A DNA stretch of 64,000 nucleotides from Saprospiraceae bacterium (lineage in GTDB: Bacteria > Bacteroidota > Bacteroidia > Chitinophagales > Saprospiraceae), in contig JADJXG010000001.1 of the NCBI GenBank assembly GCA_016715965.1, positions 1,527,252 to 1,591,251 of the forward strand, read 5' to 3'. Under the pieces are notes generated by a model. It was not told the origin of the DNA. It saw only the letters and a program-made list of their open reading frames with translations, and made no database searches. Both the position numbers and the translations under genes were made by a program. Shown one piece after another: positions 48,856-58,368 of this stretch (positions are counted from its first letter, which is position 1; every line of letters starts with the position of its first letter).

Positions 48856-49530
48856 ATGAAGAAAATAATAGGAATAATTTTGGTCGTATGGTCGATCGGC
48901 ATTCAGTTAATTGCACAAAAGTCTCCCTTATGGATAGGATTGGTGCTTGGCCCGCAAAGTACTTGGATTTTTAATCAAGACGATTTTGATCGCGGAGGGG
49001 AGTTGGATTTTACCAGCAGTTTTGGTTTTTCATCTGGTGTAGAGTTGGGTTATCAGATAAAAGGAAAATCTTCACTTCTCAGCGGTGTGATTTATTCAAC
49101 TCAGGGACAAAATTATATCACAAAGAATAATCCAAACGCCGATTTCAAAACCAATCTAAGCTATTTGAAAATTCCGCTGCTTTATCAATGGAATTCTTCC
49201 GGTAGTAGCAGATGGAAATTTTTATTGCAAACAGGATTTCAACTCTCTCTCTTGTTAAGTGCAGAAAGCAGCCGATTGGATAAATTTGGTATTTATAGTC
49301 CGGTTACCAATGACGTGAAAAAAGATTACTCTTCTTCTGTCATTGATTTTGTTTTTGGCATTGGATTGCAATATCAATGGAATAAGATTTCCATCGCTGC
49401 ATTAATAAGACCGGATTATTCATTAAACGACATTGAAAAAACAGGAATAAAACCCTCGAGTAGACCACAATCGCAAAATTTTACCGTTGGCCTTCCTCAA
49501 TTGGTATTTAGATACTACTTTGCACCATAA
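48856..49530 (+). CDS. outer-membrane beta-barrel protein (porin-family)
   Basis: Signal peptide MKKIIGIILVVWSIGIQLIAQ followed by alternating beta-strand patterns (FSSGVELGYQI, FVFGIGLQYQW). Similar in type to 34818-35510. Confidence 0.6.
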   Translation: MKKIIGIILVVWSIGIQLIAQKSPLWIGLVLGPQSTWIFNQDDFDRGGELDFTSSFGFSSGVELGYQIKGKSSLLSGVIYSTQGQNYITKNNPNADFKTNLSYLKIPLLYQWNSSGSSRWKFLLQTGFQLSLLLSAESSRLDKFGIYSPVTNDVKKDYSSSVIDFVFGIGLQYQWNKISIAALIRPDYSLNDIEKTGIKPSSRPQSQNFTVGLPQLVFRYYFAP

Positions 49531-49542
49531 GGATTCATTATT

Positions 49543-50598
49543 TTGAATACACTGTTTAGAATATTATTAGCGCCTCTTTCTTTGATCTATGGAATTGTGG
49601 TAGGCATCTATCAAGGCTTGTACCTTTCAGGTGTTCTGAGGTCAGTCCGCTTCAACCTACCGGTAATATCCATTGGTAATTTGACCGTAGGTGGAACCGG
49701 CAAGTCCCCTCACGCAGAATATCTGATCCGATTACTTTCTGATTATTTTCCCGTAGCTTTGATCAGTAGAGGATATTTGAGGAAAACACGAGGTCACCGG
49801 GAGCTGACATTGAACTCTTCTGTTGAAGAAGTGGGTGATGAGCCCCTTCAAATCAAGTTAAAGTTTCCTGAACTTCCGGTAGCAGTCAATGAAAATCGTG
49901 CTTTTGGAATTCCGCTGCTGCTCAAGAACCATCCAGAAGTACAAACCATCATCATGGATGATGGTTTTCAACATTTGCAGGTAAGGCCGGGATTAAATAT
50001 TCTATTGACTGAGTTCAATCATTTGTATTCAAAAGATTTTCTATTGCCGGCAGGTAGATTGAGGGAATGGCGGTATGGCGCATCGAGAGCGGATGCAATT
50101 GTGGTCACGAAATGCCCGGAGAAAATGGATCAAAAGCTGAAAGACGAAATCGCTGAAGAGCTCAAACTATCGCCTCAACAAAAATTATTTTTTAGTAGGA
50201 TTAAATATGGACAACCTTATAATATATTCAAACAGGATGAAGAGTTTGTCCTTAACCATGGAATAGAAGTCATTTTGATATCAGCCATCGCCCAGAGCGA
50301 ACATCTGATCAATTATTTAAATGCTTCTGCTGCAACTGTAAGGGAATTTAAATATGAAGATCATCATTTTTTTACAGAAGCTGAGCTCATGCAGGCCATT
50401 CAAGAGTACAAAAAGATTTCACATTATAACAAGATATTATTGACGACCGAGAAGGATGCCGTAAGGATCAGAAAATTCAATTCTTTGCTTTTGGAAAATG
50501 ATGTTAGAATATTTGCCATCCCCATTGAGATTGAATTTTTTGAGAAAGAGCATTTTGATACTTTTATCAAAGATTATCTTTTAAATTTTAAAGCCTGA
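49543..50598 (+). CDS. lpxK: tetraacyldisaccharide 4'-kinase
   Basis: P-loop GNLTVGGTGKSPH after an N-terminal hydrophobic helix, and the DDGFQH motif. TTG start. Confidence 0.9.
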   Translation: MNTLFRILLAPLSLIYGIVVGIYQGLYLSGVLRSVRFNLPVISIGNLTVGGTGKSPHAEYLIRLLSDYFPVALISRGYLRKTRGHRELTLNSSVEEVGDEPLQIKLKFPELPVAVNENRAFGIPLLLKNHPEVQTIIMDDGFQHLQVRPGLNILLTEFNHLYSKDFLLPAGRLREWRYGASRADAIVVTKCPEKMDQKLKDEIAEELKLSPQQKLFFSRIKYGQPYNIFKQDEEFVLNHGIEVILISAIAQSEHLINYLNASAATVREFKYEDHHFFTEAELMQAIQEYKKISHYNKILLTTEKDAVRIRKFNSLLLENDVRIFAIPIEIEFFEKEHFDTFIKDYLLNFKA

Positions 50599-52284
50599 GT
50601 GAAATTATTAAAATTTCTTTTATTTCTTTTGAGCGCAGAGTATTTGCATTCGCAGGCTGTTTTTCATTTGAAATTAAGCGAAGAGCAAAATGAGTTGGAC
50701 CGAAGAGAAATTTTGGGTCATAGATTGTTTAGCATTCATCGCGATCTGCCGGATCAGGGTTTGAATAAACTGGCCCTGGACCTGAGAAAGTTTGATGATT
50801 CAACCTCAAGCGAAGTTATACCTACAATTGATATTCTGGGAGAATATCCGGAATATATTTATTACCAAGACAATCATTTTTTAAATGGTTTTGGAGGAAA
50901 TTCAAGAAAGAGTTTATTGTCCTCCCTATTCAGAGACAAACATTTTCTGTCTTCATTTGGCAAGGATGGTTACATCACATTGGATCCGTTGTTGGAAGTA
51001 AAAATGGGATTGGGAAATAATTCGATCAGCAGAATTCCATTTATCAATCGACGTGGAATTCGTATGACAGCAGGGATCGGACGAAAACTTCATATTTATA
51101 CCCAACTGGTGGAAACACAAATTGGAACCTTAAATCATCTGGAAGAATATGTAAATCTCAATGGAAATTTCCCGGGTGCTTCCTTCCTTAAAGATTACAG
51201 CCCTTCATTCATTAAAAATGCAAAGGCATACGATTTTCTGGTGGCTCAGGGCGCAATCCGATACGAGTTCAATGATTTTCTTTCTTTTACTTTTGGTCAA
51301 GGAAAGCATTCCTTCGGCGAAGGGTTGAGAAGTCTGTTTTTATCTGATTTTGCCGCCCCGCGGTTTTATCTGCAGATGAATGCCAATATGGGTCCCGTCA
51401 ATTACCAAAGTCTGTTTTATGAATTGGTGGGTGAATCAAGGTACCAAAATGGCGTCGATCGATTGCTGAGAAAAAAATACATGGTTTCCCATTATCTGAG
51501 TTTAAATCTCACTGATCGTTGGAGCCTTGGGTTTTTTGAATCTGTTGTGTTCAACAGGTCCAACGAATTTGAATTGCAATATCTGAATCCGGTTATTTTC
51601 TACCGCTCCATAGAACAAGCCATTGGAAGTCCGGATAACGCACTGCTTGGAATGAAAAGCTCTGCACTGGTTTCCGGAAATTTGAAAGCCTATGGTCAGC
51701 TTCTTTTGGATGAATTCATTTTTGGAAAATTATTCTCTTCTCCCCGTGGTTGGTGGGGAAATAAATATGCAGTTCAGCTGGGTTTAAAATGGGTGGATGT
51801 GATGGGATTTAAGCACCTCAACCTTAGAGCGGAATACAACATGGTCCGACCTTTCACCTATTCCTATTCTGATAGCCTGTCCAATTATTCACAGCTTCAT
51901 CAATCACTGGCTCATCCTTTGGGTTCCAACTTTAGAGAGGTCCTGGTCCATTTTATATACCAACCTTCAAAGCATTGGAGTTTTGAATGGATCAACCTCT
52001 ATTATCACAAGGGTTTGGACAATGATCAGGATAATTTTGGTGGAAATATACTTAGGCCCAATCTGATCAGATATTCCGATTACGGTAATCATACAGCGCA
52101 AGGAGTCAGGGAAAAAGTATTCTATTCCACAATGATGGTTTCACGCAGAATACATCATCGCTGCTGGATTGATCTTGACCTGACCGGCAGAAAAAGCAAT
52201 CTATCATCCTCCGGATTTGACTTTTGGTGTCAACTGGGACTTAGATGGAATTTAGAAAGGGAAAGCAGAAATTGGATTTTTTAG
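50599..52284 (+). CDS. hypothetical outer-membrane protein
   Basis: GTG start directly after the lpxK stop. Signal peptide MKLLKFLLFLLSAEYLHSQ. Beta-rich with a C-terminal aromatic residue (...RNWIF). No motif recognised. Confidence 0.55.
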   Translation: MKLLKFLLFLLSAEYLHSQAVFHLKLSEEQNELDRREILGHRLFSIHRDLPDQGLNKLALDLRKFDDSTSSEVIPTIDILGEYPEYIYYQDNHFLNGFGGNSRKSLLSSLFRDKHFLSSFGKDGYITLDPLLEVKMGLGNNSISRIPFINRRGIRMTAGIGRKLHIYTQLVETQIGTLNHLEEYVNLNGNFPGASFLKDYSPSFIKNAKAYDFLVAQGAIRYEFNDFLSFTFGQGKHSFGEGLRSLFLSDFAAPRFYLQMNANMGPVNYQSLFYELVGESRYQNGVDRLLRKKYMVSHYLSLNLTDRWSLGFFESVVFNRSNEFELQYLNPVIFYRSIEQAIGSPDNALLGMKSSALVSGNLKAYGQLLLDEFIFGKLFSSPRGWWGNKYAVQLGLKWVDVMGFKHLNLRAEYNMVRPFTYSYSDSLSNYSQLHQSLAHPLGSNFREVLVHFIYQPSKHWSFEWINLYYHKGLDNDQDNFGGNILRPNLIRYSDYGNHTAQGVREKVFYSTMMVSRRIHHRCWIDLDLTGRKSNLSSSGFDFWCQLGLRWNLERESRNWIF

Positions 52285-52287
52285 AAC

Positions 52288-53607
52288 TTATACGCGTACA
52301 ATGTTTGCACCAATGGCATTGAGTCTTTCGTCAATGCGTTCATATCCCCGATCTATTTGGTGCACGGAATGGATGGTACTTTTTCCATGGGCTGATAATG
52401 CAGCGATGAGAAGTGCGACACCTGCTCTGATATCCGGTGAAGTCATTTCAATGCCCTTTAGTGGAAATTTTCGATTTAAGCCATTGACTGCAGCGCGATG
52501 CGGGTCACACAATATTATTTGCGCTCCCATATCAATCAGCTTATCCACAAAAAACAATCTTGATTCAAACATTTTTTGATGGATTAAAACATTGCCCTTT
52601 GCCTGGATCGCCATGACAAGCAAAACGCTCATCAGATCGGGAGTAAATCCGGGCCAGGGTGAGTCGTAGATGGTCATGATGGACCCATCCATAAAACTTT
52701 GAATTTCATATTCATCCTGAGCAGAAATCAATATGTCATCATTTTCCATTTGCAGATGTACACCCATCCTTTCAAATATAAAAGGTATAATACCAAGCTC
52801 ATTTACAGCTGCATTTTTTATGGTAATATTTGATTGTGTCATGGCTGCCAGACTAATAAAGCTTCCAATTTCAATCATATCTGGCAACAATTGATGTTGG
52901 GTTCCGCCCAATTTTTCTACCCCTGTGATTGTGATCAAATTGGATTTTACGCCTTCTATTTTGGCTCCCATTCTGATGAGCATTTTGCACAACTGCTGGA
53001 TATATGGTTCACAGGCTGCATTGTAAATAGTTGTAGTACCAGATGCCAGTACCGAAGCCATAATAACATTGGCAGTACCTGTTACAGAAATCTCATCCAT
53101 TAAAATATCACAACCCTTCAGATTGTCTGCTTTTATGTGATATTGATTGCTGTTTTCATCGTAGTTAAACTCTGCGCCCAATTTTTGCAAACCAAGAAAA
53201 TGGGTGTCCAGCCGCCTTCTTCCAATTTTATCACCACCCGGTTTTGGCAATACGGCTCTTTTAAATCTCGCCAGCAGTGGGGCAAGAAGCATGACAGATC
53301 CCCTGATTTTTTTGGCTTTGTTTTGAAACTCATCGGTTCCGAAATATTCCAAATCCACCTCATCGGCTTTGAATGAATAAGAATTGGGCCCCAATTTTAC
53401 CACCTTTACACCAAGACCGGCAATCAGATCGATGAGATGGCGGATGTCCAAGATATCCGGGACGTTGCTGAGGACGATTTCTTCAGAGCTCAACAAGGTT
53501 GCGCACAATATTTGTAGGGCCTCATTCTTAGCACCCTGTGGGTAAAGCTTTCCGTGTAAGGGTCTGCCACCTTCGACGATAAAACTATCTCCGGTATTCA
53601 TATTCAA
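52288..53607 (-). CDS. murA: UDP-N-acetylglucosamine 1-carboxyvinyltransferase
   Basis: EPSP-synthase-fold signature (GAKNEALQILCATLL, the PGGDKIGRRRLDTH loop, HQIDRGYE). 439 aa. Confidence 0.95.
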   Translation of the reverse strand: MNMNTGDSFIVEGGRPLHGKLYPQGAKNEALQILCATLLSSEEIVLSNVPDILDIRHLIDLIAGLGVKVVKLGPNSYSFKADEVDLEYFGTDEFQNKAKKIRGSVMLLAPLLARFKRAVLPKPGGDKIGRRRLDTHFLGLQKLGAEFNYDENSNQYHIKADNLKGCDILMDEISVTGTANVIMASVLASGTTTIYNAACEPYIQQLCKMLIRMGAKIEGVKSNLITITGVEKLGGTQHQLLPDMIEIGSFISLAAMTQSNITIKNAAVNELGIIPFIFERMGVHLQMENDDILISAQDEYEIQSFMDGSIMTIYDSPWPGFTPDLMSVLLVMAIQAKGNVLIHQKMFESRLFFVDKLIDMGAQIILCDPHRAAVNGLNRKFPLKGIEMTSPDIRAGVALLIAALSAHGKSTIHSVHQIDRGYERIDERLNAIGANIVRV

Positions 53608-53615
53608 AAATTTAA

Positions 53616-56204
53616 TTAAAGATCAAAATCAATGGTATCTCCGGCTTTGAGCGTTTTATTTTTGGAAGTGGAAGGAGGAACAACATGTTCTACCACCTTC
53701 GTTAATGGAATATCTTCTATCTTATTTCCCAATGCTTTCCATCCTTTGATGTCCACAAATTCAGCAATGGTCAATATCTCTTCGATTTTTTCATTTTTTC
53801 TTTTATAAGCAATCAATACTTCCGGATTTGATTGGGTACTTGCATAATACAATTTGGAATCTTTATGATCAGAAATAAACTGGAATCTCTGATTGGTACT
53901 GCTGGTTTCAATATTAAATCGCTTGGCCATAGACCAGCGTTTTTCCCCTTCAAAGTAAATCGCAGATACTACCAAACCTTCCTTGTATTTTTCAATGGAG
54001 ATCAAATCTTCATACGAAAATCTAAGATTGAGCTCATATTCAACCATCTCATAGGTTCCATTTTTAAAAATGCACAACAAAATATCTCCACGATTGAGCC
54101 CTCCCAGAGATTTTCCGCGACCCTCTGAATTTAATCGACCTGTGCTGCTGTCATACCAGACTTGTTGTGCTCCGATGGTAGATCTTCCTTTTTCTTTAAG
54201 GACAATCTTGCGCACGGGATATTTTGTCACAATATTTCCAAGAGAAGTTCTTCCCTTGATCTCTATCGTTGAAAAATCAAAATCAAAGGATTTAATTTTA
54301 GCCGAACATCCTGGAGTTAATTGTATGGTGACAATTTCTGCTTCTCCTTCCGGATTTACAGAAAAGTACAAAACCTTTGATTTGGCATGACCTTTGGATA
54401 ATTCGTATTCTTTGTCTCTGGTGATGGCAGTTACATTGAATCTCTTGGCCATGGCCCTGCCGGTTTCACCATCAACATAAATCAGATTGTAAGTGGTTCT
54501 TTCATCCGATTTTTTCCAGACATCCACATGAATAATATCTTTCCCAACAAAAGTCTTTTCTGCTATCCTACTGACGACAAATTTTGCATCACTTCTAAAT
54601 ACGATAATGTCGTCAATGTCAGAGCAATCTTTGACAAACTCATCTTTTTTCAAACCGTAGCCAATAAATCCCTCCTGACGATTGACATACAATTTCGAAT
54701 TATTAGCGGCCACCTGTGTTGCCTGAATGGTTTCGAATTCAGTAATTTTTGTCAGTCGCTCACGGCCTTTTCCAAATTTTGTGAGCAGGTTTTCAAAATA
54801 GCTGATGGTATATTCTGTAAGATGAGTAATATGATGATTGACTGATTCCAACTCTTTCTCCAAAGATTTTAGATGTTCCTCTGTCTGGAATTTATTGTAT
54901 TTTGAAATCCGTTTGATTCTGATCTCTGTCAAATGGCTGATGTCGTCAATGGTCACTTCACGATTTAGACGGATTCGTTTATCGGAAATTCCGGCCTTGA
55001 CAGACGGCGTTATAATGTATTTTTTTAAACCAGCATCGATCACTTCAAGGACTTCTTCCCAGCTTTTGCACTCCTCTATGTCTCGATATATTCTGTTTTC
55101 AATAAATATTTTTTCGAGACTGGTAAGATGCCATTTTTCGAGCAGCTCAGATTTCTTTATCTGTAATTCCTTTCCCAGCAAGGATCTGCTGTTTTCAGTA
55201 GAAATTTTTAGAATGTCCTGAACTGAAAGGAACATGGGTTTATCATCTACGATTACGCAAGCATTTGGAGAAATCGAAACCTCACATTGTGTAAAAGCAT
55301 ATAATGCATCAATGGTTACTTCAGGTGAAATTCCAGGCTGAAGCTCTATCCTGATTTCAACGTCTTTAGCAGTGTTGTCCGATACTTGTTTAATTTTAAT
55401 TTTACCTTTTTCAGATGCCTTGACAATAGATTCTATCAAGGATGTTGTGGTAATCGAGAAAGGCAGTTCCCTAATCACCAGGTTTTTTTTGTCCTCGACT
55501 TCGATCTTAGCTCTGATTTTTACTTTTCCACCTCTTTGACCCTGTTGATATTCTGATACATCGATCGATCCACCTGTTTCAAAATCAGGATATATTTTCA
55601 CCTTATTTCCTTTCAATAGCTGAATGGAAGCTTTGATGAGTTCTATAAAATTGTGGGGCAAAATTTTTGTAGCCAATCCCACCGCAATTCCTTCAACTCC
55701 CTGGGCCAAAAGCAGAGGAAATTTCATCGGCAGTGTTTCAGGTTCTCTGTTTCTGCCGTCATAAGAAAGTTGCCAAACTGTTGTCTGAGGATTAAAGGCT
55801 ACCTCCAGCGCAAATTTCGATAATCGGGCTTCAATATACCTGGGAGCGGCAGCAGAATCTCCGGTTCGGGCATCACCCCAGTTTCCCTGAGTTTCTATCA
55901 TGAGATTTTTTTGACCCAAATTGACCAATGCATCACCAATTGCTGCATCTCCATGTGGGTGGTATTGCATGGTATGACCAATGAGGTTGGCTACTTTGTG
56001 AAAGCGTCCATCCTCCTTTTCAAACATACTGTGCAAGATTCTTCTTTGTACGGGTTTTAGTCCGTCTTCAATGGCCGGCACGGCCCTCTCGAGGATGACG
56101 TAGGAGGCATAATCCAAAAAATAATTCTGATACATCCCGTCAAGGGTTAGTATATGCCCCTGATCTTCAGGATCATCCGTATCAAATAACAGTTTCTTAT
56201 CCAT
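53616..56204 (-). CDS. parC: DNA topoisomerase IV subunit A
   Basis: GyrA/ParC N-terminal domain with DGLKPVQRRILH and the active-site Tyr in AAPRYIEARL. The N-terminus (YQNYFLDYASYVILERAVPAIEDG) resembles Bacteroidota ParC rather than GyrA. Confidence 0.8.
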   Translation of the reverse strand: MDKKLLFDTDDPEDQGHILTLDGMYQNYFLDYASYVILERAVPAIEDGLKPVQRRILHSMFEKEDGRFHKVANLIGHTMQYHPHGDAAIGDALVNLGQKNLMIETQGNWGDARTGDSAAAPRYIEARLSKFALEVAFNPQTTVWQLSYDGRNREPETLPMKFPLLLAQGVEGIAVGLATKILPHNFIELIKASIQLLKGNKVKIYPDFETGGSIDVSEYQQGQRGGKVKIRAKIEVEDKKNLVIRELPFSITTTSLIESIVKASEKGKIKIKQVSDNTAKDVEIRIELQPGISPEVTIDALYAFTQCEVSISPNACVIVDDKPMFLSVQDILKISTENSRSLLGKELQIKKSELLEKWHLTSLEKIFIENRIYRDIEECKSWEEVLEVIDAGLKKYIITPSVKAGISDKRIRLNREVTIDDISHLTEIRIKRISKYNKFQTEEHLKSLEKELESVNHHITHLTEYTISYFENLLTKFGKGRERLTKITEFETIQATQVAANNSKLYVNRQEGFIGYGLKKDEFVKDCSDIDDIIVFRSDAKFVVSRIAEKTFVGKDIIHVDVWKKSDERTTYNLIYVDGETGRAMAKRFNVTAITRDKEYELSKGHAKSKVLYFSVNPEGEAEIVTIQLTPGCSAKIKSFDFDFSTIEIKGRTSLGNIVTKYPVRKIVLKEKGRSTIGAQQVWYDSSTGRLNSEGRGKSLGGLNRGDILLCIFKNGTYEMVEYELNLRFSYEDLISIEKYKEGLVVSAIYFEGEKRWSMAKRFNIETSSTNQRFQFISDHKDSKLYYASTQSNPEVLIAYKRKNEKIEEILTIAEFVDIKGWKALGNKIEDIPLTKVVEHVVPPSTSKNKTLKAGDTIDFDL

Positions 56205-56222
56205 GAGTTATAGGATTGGCCA

Positions 56223-56230
56223 CAAAGTTA
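56223..56230 (-). promoter_or_regulatory. -7 box TAACTTTG upstream of parC
   Basis: The plus strand reads caaagtta. It lies 19 nt upstream of ATG 56204. Confidence 0.4.
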
Positions 56231-56359
56231 AAGGATTTAAACATATTATAAAATATATTTATATGTCTTGACTGATTGGATGGTTAAATTAGATTTAAAG
56301 TGATTGGAAGACTTAACCTTGCTTAAAACAACAGGGTCCAATGGTTAAATTTTAAAATT

Positions 56360-56671
56360 ATGAAAAAAGTTATTTTGATTTCAGGTCTTTTAATGTTTGG
56401 TATTGCAAACATCCTCAACGCACAGGAATCCAGGGATGCAATGGCTTATGAAAGACAAAAGGCAGGTCGGGATTATGAAAGGGGCAGATTTTCCAAAGCT
56501 GAGATTAGAGAGATGAAAAGAGATCATCGGAAGCTCAGAGCCTACAAACGAGCAGCCAAAGCGGATGGTTATATCTCAAGAAGAGAAGCCAATCAGTTAA
56601 GAAAAATGGAGAACAGAATTTATCACAAACAACGCTTTGCTAGCAAAAAGAGACACAGAAGCTGTTTATAA
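56360..56671 (+). CDS. small secreted, highly basic hypothetical protein
   Basis: Signal peptide MKKVILISGLLMFGIANILNAQ, then a K/R/E-rich helical region of 80 aa. A clear terminator follows. Confidence 0.55.
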   Translation: MKKVILISGLLMFGIANILNAQESRDAMAYERQKAGRDYERGRFSKAEIREMKRDHRKLRAYKRAAKADGYISRREANQLRKMENRIYHKQRFASKKRHRSCL

Positions 56672-56729
56672 TAGCCTTCATTGTGATTATTAAGAAAAAT
56701 GGCAATCAATAAATCATTTTGTCATTTGG

Positions 56730-56775
56730 AATGGGTGATGGAGTTTATGATTTCTCCAAAACCCATTTTTTTTTC
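56730..56775 (+). terminator. intrinsic terminator
   Basis: aatgggt-gat-ggag...ctcc-aaa-acccatt forms an interrupted stem, followed by a T8 run (56767-56774). Confidence 0.65.
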
Positions 56776-56922
56776 TCTAGCTTTGGTTTTGTTATGTAAT
56801 AGCCAATCTTCAATATTGTGTTTAAGCTCACACAATTGCTAAAGTACGAAAATGCAATTCGGAATTTTGATTCGTTCACCCAAATTACAGGGTAGAAAAG
56901 AAAATTCTTTTAACAACGATTG

Positions 56923-58368
56923 CTAAAAATTTTCTTCAATATTTCTTTTTTTTGATTCTCTATAACTCACATTATTGTCCGATCTGAATTCAATCCATTT
57001 TTTACATTGTGACGAACCACATTTGCATTCAAAAGCTTCTGATTCATTGTTCAAAAACTCTGAATAATCCAAAGTAAGTTCTTCCCCTTTGGAAATTTCT
57101 TTGCTTGCGATGACATTCAGTCCGGAATATAAGGTATTGGGATCGCAACTATGATTCTGAGGTGCCCATTCGGTGGGGTTTATGTCCCAAAGACAATAGA
57201 CTTCCTTACTGAGTGGATATGCATATTGTCTAAAAATTAATTTTTCTTTTTCATTCCAGTTGTTATCCACATGGCTTTTGGTAACTATTCTCTGGGCTCT
57301 TTCTTCGCCTTTGAAAATAACATCTCCTTTGCGAAATGACTTTAGTGCATATATACCAAATCCAGAAATGGCATTACCTCTCATTTCATAGCATTTCTTT
57401 TTTGATTGATGGCGTTGGATTCCTTCTTCGACGATGGCTTTCAAAAATTGATCTTGACCAAAACCACTGATCTTCAAAATATGATCAGCAGAACCCTCAA
57501 ATCCATCGGGGTAGAAAACCGAACAAGTAAAATTAACTTCCAAAAAATATATTTCACCTTTTGGGTTAAGCCTAAAATCCATCCTGGCATATCCTACCCC
57601 ACTGAATGCTTCAAATATTTTACAGGCAGCTTGTTTTAAACGTTTGGTCAGATCTATGTCAGAACAAGCCTGGTTGGCATCTGAATGCAATTCCGAAGTT
57701 TTAAGGGCATAAGTTTTAAAAGAATATCCACTTGGAAATTTATACTCTATTGGGTGGAGGCTCATACATTTTTCAGGACCATTTGGGGTTGAAATCACCA
57801 ATACTGTAAATTCTCTCCCTTCAATAAATTCCTCCACCAGAAGTTTCGGATATTCTTTTAGCAAATCCATCGCCTTGCTGTAAAGTTGATCTTTGGTTTT
57901 GACCAACGAATTCTGGTCAATCCCCAACGAATCTCCGGCTTTAATTGGTTTGACAAAAAGAGGGAATTTAAGGGCATCGATATTTGGATTTTCGACAGAA
58001 TCCAAATCGAGAATGGTATAAGCAGGAGTTTGGATACCTTCGCAATAGGCAATGTATTTCATGAGATCTTTTGGAGGATCGTACAATTCAAGGTTTGGTC
58101 CGGTGTATGGAAGGTTCAATTGTTCGAGCGAATAAATCACATCAATGGAAGGTATGTCCCATTCCAGATATCCCTCACACAGATTGACATAGATGTCAAA
58201 ATTTTGTAAGGATAGATTCCTAAGCTGTTTGTACACAGAAAGCTTGTTGAGAAACTCATGATGGAAACTGGCTTCAGGCCACCACTTGGAAAGATCCCTT
58301 GGTGGATCATAGTGTCTGTAGTCTAAAACAGATTGACCATAATCAGCTTGTAAAATACAAATTTTCAT
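56923..58368 (-). CDS. fusion protein: D-Ala-D-Ala-ligase-like ATP-grasp domain + C-terminal SET/post-SET methyltransferase domain
   Basis: ATP-grasp core: FPLFVKPIKAGDSLGI, EEFIEGREFTVLV, GYARMDFRLNPKGEIYFLEVNF. SET region (aa about 325-460, nt 56989-57396): GFGIYALKSFRKGDVI, NHSCDPN (57136-57156), GEELTLDY, and post-SET CKCGSSQC. Confidence 0.8.
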   Translation of the reverse strand: MKICILQADYGQSVLDYRHYDPPRDLSKWWPEASFHHEFLNKLSVYKQLRNLSLQNFDIYVNLCEGYLEWDIPSIDVIYSLEQLNLPYTGPNLELYDPPKDLMKYIAYCEGIQTPAYTILDLDSVENPNIDALKFPLFVKPIKAGDSLGIDQNSLVKTKDQLYSKAMDLLKEYPKLLVEEFIEGREFTVLVISTPNGPEKCMSLHPIEYKFPSGYSFKTYALKTSELHSDANQACSDIDLTKRLKQAACKIFEAFSGVGYARMDFRLNPKGEIYFLEVNFTCSVFYPDGFEGSADHILKISGFGQDQFLKAIVEEGIQRHQSKKKCYEMRGNAISGFGIYALKSFRKGDVIFKGEERAQRIVTKSHVDNNWNEKEKLIFRQYAYPLSKEVYCLWDINPTEWAPQNHSCDPNTLYSGLNVIASKEISKGEELTLDYSEFLNNESEAFECKCGSSQCKKWIEFRSDNNVSYRESKKRNIEENF

